Below, one piece after another: positions 17,801 through 26,720 of a stretch of 64,000 bases of DNA (positions are counted from its first letter, which is position 1; every line of letters begins with the position of its first letter). The DNA is taken from NCBI GenBank assembly GCA_035642095.1, contig DASQTB010000048.1, positions 2,496-66,495 on the forward strand, read 5' to 3'. The position numbers were made by a program, and so were the translations under genes. The notes below the pieces were generated by a model that saw only the letters and a list, made by a program, of their open reading frames with translations, did no database searches and was not told the origin of the DNA. Origin of the DNA: Actinomycetota bacterium (GTDB lineage Bacteria; Actinomycetota; UBA4738; CALAEC01).

Positions 17801-18805
17801 TTGGCCGAGGCCACCCAAGTCAAGATCCTGGTTCCGGGCCACCAGTCGATGGTCGCCCTCCTCGGAGAACGCGACGAGTTCCTCAAGCTCGTGGAAACGG
17901 CGTTCGACTCCCACATCCTGGTTCGGGGGAACGAGATCACGATCACCGGCGACCCCGTGGAGGCGGAGCGCGTGGCCCAGCTGTTCGAAGAGATGGTCAC
18001 GCTCCTGGAGCGGGGGCAGCAGCTGACGCCTTCGTCGGTGGGTCGGACCATCGACATGATCAAGGAGGACGGCGTTCGGCCGACCGAGGTGCTGACGGAC
18101 GCCGTGCTCACTGCGCGAGGAAAGTCGATCGCCCCCCAGACGATCGGGCAGAAGCGGTACGTTGATGCGCTCCGCGAGTCGACGCTGACGTTCGCCATCG
18201 GACCCGCCGGAACGGGGAAGACCTACCTCGCCGTGGCTCACGCCGTGCGGGCGCTCCAGGCACGGGACGTGTCCCGGATCATCCTCACCCGGCCGGCGGT
18301 GGAGGCCGGGGAGAAGCTGGGCTTTCTCCCAGGGACGCTGTACGAGAAGATCGATCCGTACCTCCGGCCTCTGTACGACGCTCTGTACGAGATGATGGAT
18401 CCCGACGCCTTCGGCCGGTTGATGGACCGGGGGACCATCGAGGTGGCCCCCCTGGCGTTCATGCGGGGCAGGACCCTGAACGACTCGTTCATCATCCTGG
18501 ACGAGGCCCAGAACACCTCGCCCGAGCAGATGAAGATGTTCCTCACCCGTCTCGGCTTCGGCTCGAAGGCCGTGGTGAACGGCGACGTGACCCAGATCGA
18601 CCTGCCGGCCGGGCAGCGGTCTGGCCTGGTGGTGGTCCAGGAGATCCTCCGGCACATCGAAGGGATCTCGTTCGTCCATCTCGGTGCCCGGGACGTGGTT
18701 CGACACCGTATCGTCCAGGACATCGTGGAGGCCTACCGCCGGTACTCCGAGCGGGACGAGGAGATCGCCCGCGTCGACGACGTTGAGCGACGACCCGTCC
18801 GATAG
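17801..18805 (+). CDS. phoH: PhoH-family ATPase
   Basis: Walker A AIGPAGTGKTYLAVA. KH-like N-terminus. Conserved phoH-ybeY-corC synteny. Confidence 0.85.
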   Translation: MAEATQVKILVPGHQSMVALLGERDEFLKLVETAFDSHILVRGNEITITGDPVEAERVAQLFEEMVTLLERGQQLTPSSVGRTIDMIKEDGVRPTEVLTDAVLTARGKSIAPQTIGQKRYVDALRESTLTFAIGPAGTGKTYLAVAHAVRALQARDVSRIILTRPAVEAGEKLGFLPGTLYEKIDPYLRPLYDALYEMMDPDAFGRLMDRGTIEVAPLAFMRGRTLNDSFIILDEAQNTSPEQMKMFLTRLGFGSKAVVNGDVTQIDLPAGQRSGLVVVQEILRHIEGISFVHLGARDVVRHRIVQDIVEAYRRYSERDEEIARVDDVERRPVR

Positions 18806-19205
18806 TCCCACGGTGGTCCTCTCGGACCGCCAGGAACTCCCCACGGATCACGGCGCCCTGATCGACCTGGCCCGTCGCACGCTGGACGCCGAGGGGGCCG
18901 GCGCGGTCGAACTCTCGGTGTCGCTGGTGTCGACCGAGGAGATGGACGATCTGCACCGCCGCTACCTGGACGAGGCGGGGCCGACCGACGTGCTGTCGTT
19001 CACCCTGGACGAGGACGGCCTCCTGGGGGACGTGGTGATCTGCCCCGAGGTGGCCTCGTCCCAGACCGAGGAGCTGGGCGCTGAGCTTCGCCTGTTGCTG
19101 GTCCACGGCATCCTTCATCTCCTCGGGTACGACCACGAGGGGGACGAGGAGCGCAGGGCGATGTGGGAACGACAGGCGCGGTACAGCGGGGTGGCGCTGC
19201 CGTGA
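18783..19205 (+). CDS. ybeY: rRNA maturation endoribonuclease YbeY
   Basis: Metal-binding motif HGILHLLGYDHE. The start is uncertain (TTG/GTG candidates) and overlaps the phoH 3' end. Confidence 0.75.
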   Translation: MSDDPSDSPTVVLSDRQELPTDHGALIDLARRTLDAEGAGAVELSVSLVSTEEMDDLHRRYLDEAGPTDVLSFTLDEDGLLGDVVICPEVASSQTEELGAELRLLLVHGILHLLGYDHEGDEERRAMWERQARYSGVALP

Positions 19206-20461
19206 TCTGGTTCCTGGCCGTGGTCGTGATCCTGGTCGTGTTCGGCTCCCTCCTGGCCATGTCCGAGGCATCTCTGACCCGCATGACTCGGGTCCGGGCC
19301 CTGGCTCTGGAGGACGAGGGTCGGCGCAGCGCCGGCGTACTGGTGCGGATCGAGACCGACCCCCCCCAGTTCCTCAACGCGATCTACCTGTGGGTGATGC
19401 TGGCCCAGAACGGCTCGGCCATCCTGGTCGCCATCCTGGCCGAGCACTACCTGGGCAACGTGTGGATCACCATCGCTTCGATCCTGTTCACGTTGCTTTA
19501 CTTCGTCGTCGTGGAGGCGATGTCCAAGACCTTCGCAATCCTTCACTCCGACCGCGTGGCGCTGATCCTGGCCCCGGTGGTCTTCTGGTTGTCCCGCATC
19601 CTGTACTGGCCGACCAGGTTGCTGATCGGGGCGGCCAACGTGCTCCTTCCAGGCAAGGGGCTCCGCGAGGGACCGTTCGTGTCCGAGGAGGAGATCCGGG
19701 CCATGGCCGAGGCCGGTCACGAGGAGGGGGCCATCGAGGAGGAGGAGAAGGAGCTGATCCACTCCATCTTCGAGTTCGGCGACACGGTCGTTCGCGAGGT
19801 CATGACCCCGCAGCCCGACGTGGTGGCCATCGACGCGTCTCGCTCCTTGGAAGAGGTCATGGACATGGTCATCCGGCACGGGTACTCCCGCATCCCGGTG
19901 TACCGCGATTCGATGAACGAGGTCGTGGGGATCGTCTACGCCAAGGACGTCCTCCGCGAGACTCGCTCCGGCAGGAACGGCCGCACCCTGGAGCAGCTGG
20001 CCCGCCCGGCTCACTTCGTGCCCGAGTCGAAGAAGGTGTCTGACCTCCTCAAGGACATGCAGCGGGAGAAGTTCCACGTGGCCGTGGTCGTCGACGAGTA
20101 CGGGTCGGTGGCCGGGCTGGTCACCCTGGAGGACCTCCTGGAGGAGATCGTGGGCGAGATCGCCGACGAGTACGATCGGGAGGAGCCCCAGGTCGAGCCG
20201 GCCGGCGACGGCCGGTTCCGGGTCAACGCCCGGCTTCCGGTGGACGAGCTCAACGAGATCCTGGAGGTGGAGCTCCCCGACGAGGAGTGGGACACGGTCG
20301 GCGGGTTGATGATGGCTGTGCTCGGTCATCTCCCGCAGCAGGGTGAGCGGGTGGACTTCGAGGGCCTTCGTTTCACCGCCGATCGGGTCCAGGGCCGGCG
20401 GATCGCCAAGGTGTTGATCGAGCGGCTGGAGCCGAAGCCTTCCGGAGGCGAGCGCCGGTGA
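19202..20461 (+). CDS. CNNM/CorC-family transporter (DUF21 membrane domain + CBS pair + CorC_HlyC)
   Basis: GTG overlaps the ybeY stop. N-terminal 4-TM DUF21. Tandem CBS domains. C-terminal transporter-associated domain. Confidence 0.8.
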   Translation: MIWFLAVVVILVVFGSLLAMSEASLTRMTRVRALALEDEGRRSAGVLVRIETDPPQFLNAIYLWVMLAQNGSAILVAILAEHYLGNVWITIASILFTLLYFVVVEAMSKTFAILHSDRVALILAPVVFWLSRILYWPTRLLIGAANVLLPGKGLREGPFVSEEEIRAMAEAGHEEGAIEEEEKELIHSIFEFGDTVVREVMTPQPDVVAIDASRSLEEVMDMVIRHGYSRIPVYRDSMNEVVGIVYAKDVLRETRSGRNGRTLEQLARPAHFVPESKKVSDLLKDMQREKFHVAVVVDEYGSVAGLVTLEDLLEEIVGEIADEYDREEPQVEPAGDGRFRVNARLPVDELNEILEVELPDEEWDTVGGLMMAVLGHLPQQGERVDFEGLRFTADRVQGRRIAKVLIERLEPKPSGGERR

Positions 20462-20862
20462 GCACCCGGGAAGAGGTGGAGAGGCTCGAGGCAGCGGCCC
20501 GAGAGGCTCGGGACCGGGCCTACGCCCCCTACAGCGGCTTCCAGGTGGGGGCGGCCCTCCTGACCGACGACGGCCGAATCTTCACCGGAGCCAACGTGGA
20601 GAACGCCTCGTACGGCCTGTCGATGTGCGCCGAGCGGACCGCCGTGTTCCACGCCGTCGCGGAGGGTGTCCGGGGCCTCCGGGCCGTGGCCGTGTCCGCC
20701 TCCAACGACGAGCCGACGTGGCCCTGCGGCGGATGCCGCCAGGTGCTGCACGAGTTCGGGCCGGACATGGTGGTGATCTCCGAGGGCCGGGGCGGTCGCC
20801 GGGAGGAGCGCAGGCTGGCCGAGCTGCTTCCGCTGGCCTTCGGACCGGCCGACCTGGAGTGA
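20458..20862 (+). CDS. cdd: cytidine deaminase
   Basis: Zinc-ligand motifs CAERTAVFHA and PCGGCRQVL. 134 aa. Start overlaps the upstream stop. Confidence 0.85.
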   Translation: MSTREEVERLEAAAREARDRAYAPYSGFQVGAALLTDDGRIFTGANVENASYGLSMCAERTAVFHAVAEGVRGLRAVAVSASNDEPTWPCGGCRQVLHEFGPDMVVISEGRGGRREERRLAELLPLAFGPADLE

Positions 20863-20901
20863 GCGGCTTCCGGGGCTGTCTCGCCTCGGGTACGGAGGTT
20901 C

Positions 20902-21336
20902 CTACTCGACGACGATCGTTCCGACCATGCCGGCGTCCTCGTGGAACCGGCAGAAGAACTTGTAGGTGCCGGCGCCCACCTCATCACCGACTTCGTCGGT
21001 CTCCTCGTCCTCCCCGGGCTCCACATCGAGGCTCAGATCGGTTCCCTGGATGGTGAAGTTGTGGTCCTGATTGCCGGCGTTGGTCAGGGCGACACCCTGC
21101 TCGCTCGACACGGCGATGCACGGCGGCTCGAAGAAGTTGTCCATCATCGTCACCGGAGCGGGCGCTCCCTCCGGCGCGGAGACCTCGGCGCAGGTCTCGT
21201 CGATGTCCTCCTGGAAACCGGCGGTGGCGGTCGGCGCCGCTTCCGGTTCGTCGTCGCCGACCTCGGGCAGATCGTTACAAGCGACCAGTGCCACTGTCGC
21301 CACGAAGACCGACAGGGCCGCCGTTCGCCTGGTCAC
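20902..21336 (-). CDS. cupredoxin (type-1 blue copper) lipoprotein
   Basis: Lipobox LVAC. Cu ligands H(DHNFT)...C-x2-H-x4-M (FFCRFHEDAGM). Confidence 0.7.
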   Translation of the reverse strand: MTRRTAALSVFVATVALVACNDLPEVGDDEPEAAPTATAGFQEDIDETCAEVSAPEGAPAPVTMMDNFFEPPCIAVSSEQGVALTNAGNQDHNFTIQGTDLSLDVEPGEDEETDEVGDEVGAGTYKFFCRFHEDAGMVGTIVVE

Positions 21337-21377
21337 GGCGCGGACCGTACCCGTCGATCGGAACCGTCAAACCAAGC

Positions 21378-21842
21378 TCAGCCGGCCTCGGAGACGGTCA
21401 ACTCGCCGGTCATGCCCTGGCCGCGATGGTAGATGCAGTAGAAGGCATAGGTCCCCGGAGGAACCGCGCCGCCGATCGCTTCGGTCCGGGCCACCCCGCC
21501 GGGCGGGACGTCGAAGCCGACGGAGGAATCCTCGACGGTGAGGTTGTGGAGGTTGGCCCCGGTGTTCCGGACCACCAGGCCCTGGCCGCCCAGGACGATC
21601 AGGCAGGTGGGATCGAAGGAGAAGTCGCTGGCCGAGATCCGGACCTCCACCCTGCCGGTCAGGGTCGCGTCGGTGCAGGCCGGGCTGGAGGTCGGGGTCG
21701 GCGCGGGGACGGGGGAGGGGCTGGCCGTCGGAACCGCCGTCGGCGATGGAGTGGCCGGCGGGGCGGTCTCGGGTTCCGCATCGCACGCCGTCAGCACGAG
21801 CAGGGCGGCGAACACCAACCGCAGGGACATCCATGCCAGCAT
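21378..21842 (-). CDS. cupredoxin (type-1 blue copper) lipoprotein with Pro/Ser/Thr-rich linker
   Basis: Lipobox LTAC. Cu ligands LHNLT...FYCIYHRGQGM. Sits in tandem with 20902..21336. Confidence 0.7.
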   Translation of the reverse strand: MLAWMSLRLVFAALLVLTACDAEPETAPPATPSPTAVPTASPSPVPAPTPTSSPACTDATLTGRVEVRISASDFSFDPTCLIVLGGQGLVVRNTGANLHNLTVEDSSVGFDVPPGGVARTEAIGGAVPPGTYAFYCIYHRGQGMTGELTVSEAG

Positions 21843-21874
21843 ACGGTGGGAATGGGCCGGGAGAGCGATATCGA

Positions 21875-22285
21875 ATGAACGCCCGACGGGCGATGGTCAC
21901 CGGTCTCAGCGTTCTGTGGATGGCGGCGTGCGCTGATGGCGGCCCGGCGGGAGACGGTCCCTCACCGTCGACGCTTCGGCAGGTCCTGGCGAACCGGCGG
22001 GCGTTCGACGACCGCACCGTGAGCGTTCGAACAGCCTACTTCTCCTCGTTCGAGGTCAGCGTGCTGACCACGGGCTTCGCCGAGTCTCACCCTCCCCAGC
22101 CGGTCGAGCCGGTGGTGTGGGTCGATGCCGCGCCGCCGGATCGGTGTATGGATCGGACAAGGGACGCCGCCTGGGCCCAGTCCGTGGTCGCCTCCGGGCG
22201 GTTCCGGTTCGATCCCGACTCCGGCTTCGGTCACCTCGGCGCCTACGACATGGCGCTGGAGGACGCCACGTTGAGCTGCGCCTGA
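21875..22285 (+). CDS. hypothetical lipoprotein
   Basis: Signal peptide with lipobox (MVTGLSVLWMAAC). No recognisable domain. The start is uncertain. Confidence 0.4.
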   Translation: MNARRAMVTGLSVLWMAACADGGPAGDGPSPSTLRQVLANRRAFDDRTVSVRTAYFSSFEVSVLTTGFAESHPPQPVEPVVWVDAAPPDRCMDRTRDAAWAQSVVASGRFRFDPDSGFGHLGAYDMALEDATLSCA

Positions 22286-22333
22286 ACAGACGGGTTGGGG
22301 AGGAGCTCGGAGGTATCATGGAGGTTCTCTCCG

Positions 22334-23293
22334 ATGGCCAAGCTCCCCGCCGAGACGAAACCCCGGGTCCCCGAGTCGCCCTGGAGTCCCCAGGCGGCCG
22401 AGGCGGCCATGATCCGAGTGACCCCGGTGGATGCGGTCGGACTGGAGGAACGAGCGGCCTCGCTGGCCACCCGGTCAATCAAGCGCGATGCCAAGCTGTA
22501 CGCCGTCGACCTGGCCATCCGGTGCGCGGACCTGACCACCCTGGAGGGGGCCGACACGCCGGGCAAGGTGACTGCGGTGTGCTCCAAGGCGGTTCGGCCC
22601 GATCCGACCGACCCGACGATCCCCAGCGTGGCCGCGGTCGTGGTCTATCCGTCTCTCGTCCCGGTGGCCGCCGAGCGGCTGAGGGGAACGGGCGTCCACC
22701 TGGCCAGCGTGGCCGGCGGCTTCCCCAGCGGCCTGGCCCCGCTGGAGGAGCGCCTCGACGAGATCCGGCGCGCGGTCCAGTGGGGGGCGGACGAGATCGA
22801 CATCGTCCTCAACCGTTCCGCGTTCCTGGCCGGACGGTACCACCAGGCCTACGAGGAGGTCGCGCTGTCCAAAGAGGCCACCGGCTCCGCGCACCTCAAG
22901 GTCATCCTGGAGACCGGGGAGCTCGGATCCTACGATCAGATCCGGAAGGCCTCGATGCTGGCCATGGCCGCAGGGGCCGACTTCATCAAGACGTCGACGG
23001 GAAAGATCGGCGTCAGCGCGACCTACCCGACGGCCCTGTGCATGATGGAGGCCGCCCGCGACTTTCACCGACAGACGGGCCGGCCCGTCGGGATCAAGGT
23101 CGCCGGCGGCATCCGGAAGGCCAAAGAGGCCTGGATCTACCTGGTCATCCTGCATGAGACCCTCGGACCGGACTGGCTCACGCCCGACCGGTTCCGGATC
23201 GGCGCGTCGACGCTGCTGAACGACCTGCTGATGCAGGTCCGCAAGGAGCGCGAGGGCCGGTACCAGGGGGCCGACTACTTCACGATCGACTGA
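22334..23293 (+). CDS. deoC: deoxyribose-phosphate aldolase
   Basis: Long-form DERA: VVVYPSLV, GFPSG and the Schiff-base Lys context FIKTSTGK...GIKVAGGIR. ATG at 22334 with GGAGG upstream; the ORF-track TTG at 22295 is less likely. Confidence 0.8.
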   Translation: MAKLPAETKPRVPESPWSPQAAEAAMIRVTPVDAVGLEERAASLATRSIKRDAKLYAVDLAIRCADLTTLEGADTPGKVTAVCSKAVRPDPTDPTIPSVAAVVVYPSLVPVAAERLRGTGVHLASVAGGFPSGLAPLEERLDEIRRAVQWGADEIDIVLNRSAFLAGRYHQAYEEVALSKEATGSAHLKVILETGELGSYDQIRKASMLAMAAGADFIKTSTGKIGVSATYPTALCMMEAARDFHRQTGRPVGIKVAGGIRKAKEAWIYLVILHETLGPDWLTPDRFRIGASTLLNDLLMQVRKEREGRYQGADYFTID

Positions 23294-24801
23294 TGGCGAA
23301 GAAGGACGAGCTCGAGCACCGTCGTCATCCCTCGGCCCTGGCCGAGGCGACGCCGTTCGACTATGCCCCCGCCCCGGAATCCCGGGACATCGTGTCGATC
23401 GAACCCCGGTACGGTCTGTTCATCGGGGGGGAGTTCGTCGACCCGAAGAGCGGGACGTGGTTCGAGACGATCAACCCGGCCACCGAACAGCGGCTGTCCG
23501 AGGTAGCCTCGGCCGGTCCGGAGGACGTCGACCTCGCCGTTCGCACCGCTCGACGGGCATCGGAGCAACAGTGGCGCGACATGCCGGGGGCCGAACGAGC
23601 CAAGTACATCTACCGGATCGCCCGGCAGCTCCAGGAGCGGTCCAGGGAGTTCGCGGTACTGGAGTCGCTTGACGGCGGCAAGCCGATCAAGGAGTCTCGC
23701 GACGTCGACGTGCCCCTGGCCGCGGCCCACTTCTTCTACTACGCCGGATGGGCGGACAAGCTCGGGTACGCGTTCCCCGGACGCATCCCCAGCCCCCTCG
23801 GTGTGGCCGGGCAGGTCATCCCGTGGAACTTCCCGCTGTTGATGGCGGCGTGGAAGATCGCCCCGGCTCTGGCCACGGGGAACACCGTCGTGCTCAAGCC
23901 AGCCGAGACCACTCCGCTGACCGCGTTGCTCCTGGCCGAGGTGATCCAGGAAGCGGATCTACCCCCCGGAGCGGTCAACATCATCACGGGAGCGGGGGAG
24001 ACCGGGGCCGACCTGACATCGCACCCCGGGGTCGACAAGGTCGCCTTCACGGGCTCCACCGAGGTCGGCAAGATCATCCAGCGGGCGGTGGCCGGCAGCG
24101 GGAAGCGGCTCACCCTGGAGCTCGGCGGCAAGGCCGCCAACATCGTGTTCGAGGACGCCGCCCTGGACCAGGCCGTGGAGGGCATCGTCAATGGGATCTA
24201 CTTCAACCAGGGCCACGTGTGCTGCGCCGGATCGCGGCTGTTCGTCCAGGAGTCGGTGTTCGAGCCGGTCCTGGAGAAGCTGAAGGATCGGCTGGCCACG
24301 CTCCGGGTAGGCGATCCTCTCGACAAGAACACCGACGTCGGAGCGATCAACTCGAGGCAGCAGCTCCGGAAGATCGAGGAGCTGGTCGAGTCCGGCGTGG
24401 AGGAGGGCGCGGAGATCTACCAGCCGGCCTGCGATCTCCCGGATCGCGGCTACTGGTTCCGTCCCACCCTGTTCACCAGCGTGGCCCAGTCGCATCGCAT
24501 CGCACAGGAGGAGATCTTCGGCCCCGTCCTCTCGGTCCTCACGTTCCGGACGCCCGAGGAAGCTCTGGAGAAGGCGAACAACACGCCGTATGGGCTCTCG
24601 GCCGGCGTGTGGACCGAGAAGGGCTCCCGGATCCTGTGGATGACCTCCCGCCTTCGGGCCGGGGTGATCTGGGCCAACACGTACAACCGGTTTGATCCCA
24701 GCTCGCCGTTCGGCGGGTATAAGGAGTCAGGGTTCGGACGGGAGGGCGGGCTCCACGGCCTGGAGCCGTACCTCGAGCTGGCGGAGAACGGCAGTGGCTG
24801 A
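23293..24801 (+). CDS. NAD(P)-dependent aldehyde dehydrogenase
   Basis: ATG overlaps the deoC stop (TGATG). Motifs ELGGKA and catalytic Cys context FNQGHVCCAGSR. 502 aa. Confidence 0.85.
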   Translation: MAKKDELEHRRHPSALAEATPFDYAPAPESRDIVSIEPRYGLFIGGEFVDPKSGTWFETINPATEQRLSEVASAGPEDVDLAVRTARRASEQQWRDMPGAERAKYIYRIARQLQERSREFAVLESLDGGKPIKESRDVDVPLAAAHFFYYAGWADKLGYAFPGRIPSPLGVAGQVIPWNFPLLMAAWKIAPALATGNTVVLKPAETTPLTALLLAEVIQEADLPPGAVNIITGAGETGADLTSHPGVDKVAFTGSTEVGKIIQRAVAGSGKRLTLELGGKAANIVFEDAALDQAVEGIVNGIYFNQGHVCCAGSRLFVQESVFEPVLEKLKDRLATLRVGDPLDKNTDVGAINSRQQLRKIEELVESGVEEGAEIYQPACDLPDRGYWFRPTLFTSVAQSHRIAQEEIFGPVLSVLTFRTPEEALEKANNTPYGLSAGVWTEKGSRILWMTSRLRAGVIWANTYNRFDPSSPFGGYKESGFGREGGLHGLEPYLELAENGSG

Positions 24802-25663
24802 TCCTCGGCGGGTTTCCGTCCGCCGCACGCACAAGCTGTACATCGGGGGCCAGTTCCCCCGGTCGGAGTCGGGACGGTCGTACCCCGCGGTCGACCGCGA
24901 TAACGGGGTCGTGGCCCGGGTGGCCCGGGCCAGCAGGAAGGACGTCCGCGATGCGGTCCGCGCTGCACGGGCGGCGTTGCCCGGGTGGTCCGGCAAGACG
25001 GCGTACCACCGCGGTCAGGTCCTGTACCGGGTGGCCGAGCTGATGGAGGGCCGGCGGGACCAGTTCGTCGACGAGGTCCGTCGGGCCGGCGCCACCGACC
25101 CCGAAGCGGGCGTGGACGCCGCCATCGACCGGTGGGTCTGGTACGCGGGATGGGCGGACAAGATCCATCACATCCTGGGCTCGGTGAATCCGGTGGCCGC
25201 CCCGTACTTCAACTTCACCATCCCCGAGCCGACCGGTGTGGTTGGGATAGTCGCTCCCGCCGACGCCCCGCTGCTGGGTCTGGTGTCGCGTCTGGCTCCC
25301 GCGGTGGTCGGCGGGAACTGCGTGGTCGTGCTGGCCAGCGAGCGGTGGCCGCTGTCCGCAGTCACCCTGTCCGAGGTCCTGGCCACCAGCGACGTCCCCG
25401 GCGGCGTCATCAACGTCCTGACGGGGTATACAGCGGAACTGGTGCCGTGGCTCGCCGGCCACATGGACGTCAACGCTATCGACGTCACCGGGCTGCCGGA
25501 GGAGCTCCGACAGGAGGTCGAGCGACTCGGCGCCGAGAACGTGAAGCGGATCGTTCGAGCGAAGGATGGTCAGACCGAGTGGTTGAGCGGCCGCGCCCAG
25601 AGCCCGTACGCCGTCACGGCCTTCATGGAGATGAAGACCGTGTGGCACCCGATGGGCGCGTGA
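24794..25663 (+). CDS. aldehyde-dehydrogenase-like protein (truncated, cofactor-domain only, probably non-catalytic)
   Basis: GTG overlaps the ALDH stop. Aligns to the N-terminal/NAD-binding half of ALDHs (KLYIGGQF...GKTAYHRGQVL). Lacks the catalytic Cys/Glu region. About 290 aa. Confidence 0.6.
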   Translation: MADPRRVSVRRTHKLYIGGQFPRSESGRSYPAVDRDNGVVARVARASRKDVRDAVRAARAALPGWSGKTAYHRGQVLYRVAELMEGRRDQFVDEVRRAGATDPEAGVDAAIDRWVWYAGWADKIHHILGSVNPVAAPYFNFTIPEPTGVVGIVAPADAPLLGLVSRLAPAVVGGNCVVVLASERWPLSAVTLSEVLATSDVPGGVINVLTGYTAELVPWLAGHMDVNAIDVTGLPEELRQEVERLGAENVKRIVRAKDGQTEWLSGRAQSPYAVTAFMEMKTVWHPMGA

Positions 25664-26031
25664 CCGACCGCCCGGCGCCGGACCCGGGCCAGACGGATCC
25701 GACCAAGGGGCTCCATCCGCTCTCTCAGATCGCTCGGTTCGTCGGACGAAGCGGCAGACGGATCGCGGTCACCATCGCCGGGTTCGCCGTCCTCTTGGCC
25801 GGCGTGATCATGCTGGTGACCCCCGGTCCGGGGATCCTCGGGATCATCGCCGGGCTGACCATCCTGGCCACCGAATGGGCCTGGGCCGAGAAGGCACTCG
25901 ACAAGGCGAAGCTCCGAGCCGGCCAGGCCGCACAGGCTGCCACGGCTACCCCATTCCGGCTCGGCCTGGCCATCGGGGCCACGATCATGGGCATCGTGGC
26001 GGTTCTCGTCTATTTCTTCTTCATCCGCTAG
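25660..26031 (+). CDS. PGPGW-motif small transmembrane protein (TIGR02611-like)
   Basis: GTG overlaps the upstream stop. Signature MLVTPGPGILGIIAGLTILATEWAWA and two TM helices. Only the C-terminal part of junk ORF 24985..26031 is real. Confidence 0.6.
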   Translation: MTDRPAPDPGQTDPTKGLHPLSQIARFVGRSGRRIAVTIAGFAVLLAGVIMLVTPGPGILGIIAGLTILATEWAWAEKALDKAKLRAGQAAQAATATPFRLGLAIGATIMGIVAVLVYFFFIR

Positions 26032-26076
26032 CCGAAACCCGTTTTACCGCTCCGATCATCGGGCAAGAGTCCGCCC

Positions 26077-26583
26077 GTGGCGTCACGGAGGCTAAGCGGG
26101 CAGGGACGGGAGTTTCGGGGACGAACCGCGGAGCTGTTTCACTACGTCGAGTACTTCTTCTACATTGCCGTGGCCGCCGCCCTAGGGATCGTGGGCGCGA
26201 TCATCTTCGGGCATGCGGTGTACACGTTCGTCACTGGGATCGAGGACGAGGGGCTGGGGTCGGCCGTGCTCCAGCTCCTGGACCAGCTGCTCCTGGTCTT
26301 CATCGTCGCCGAGCTGATCCACACCGTCCGGGCGGTGATCAACGACCGGGTCCTGATATCGGAGCCGTTCCTGATCGTGGGCATCGTGGCCTCAATCCGA
26401 AGACTGATCGTGGTCACCGCCGAGGTTCCGAGGTTCGTGGGGACCGACGAGTTCGCCAGCCTCATGCTCGAGATCGGCGTGCTGGTGGGGGCGGTCTTGG
26501 CCCTCGGCCTCACCGTGTTCCTGCTCCGTCACACCGAGCACCCGGAGCCGAGACCCTCCGGTGAACGAGAGCCTGCCCGCTAG
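26077..26583 (+). CDS. psiE: PsiE-family (phosphate-starvation-inducible) membrane protein
   Basis: Pattern YVEYFFYIAVAAALGIV...LIHTVRAVIND...IVGIVASIRRLIVV resembles PsiE helices. Confidence 0.55.
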   Translation: MASRRLSGQGREFRGRTAELFHYVEYFFYIAVAAALGIVGAIIFGHAVYTFVTGIEDEGLGSAVLQLLDQLLLVFIVAELIHTVRAVINDRVLISEPFLIVGIVASIRRLIVVTAEVPRFVGTDEFASLMLEIGVLVGAVLALGLTVFLLRHTEHPEPRPSGEREPAR

Positions 26584-26720
26584 TCTAGGCTGCCCGGCCG
26601 GTGGTCCGGTTCCACAGGATTTGCCCTCCGGCCCCTTTGTGGGTTCCCATGGAGCCGAGCGAAGCAGGGGAGCCGGATCCCGAGTTTGGGACCCGATGCT
26701 GCGCGGGAGGAGGAACTGCC

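Noticed and set aside
24985-26031. 348-aa plus-strand ORF
   Set aside because: The first ~225 aa are an out-of-frame read across the ALDH-like gene. Only the C-terminal ~123 aa (25660..26031, PGPGW membrane protein) are a credible gene.
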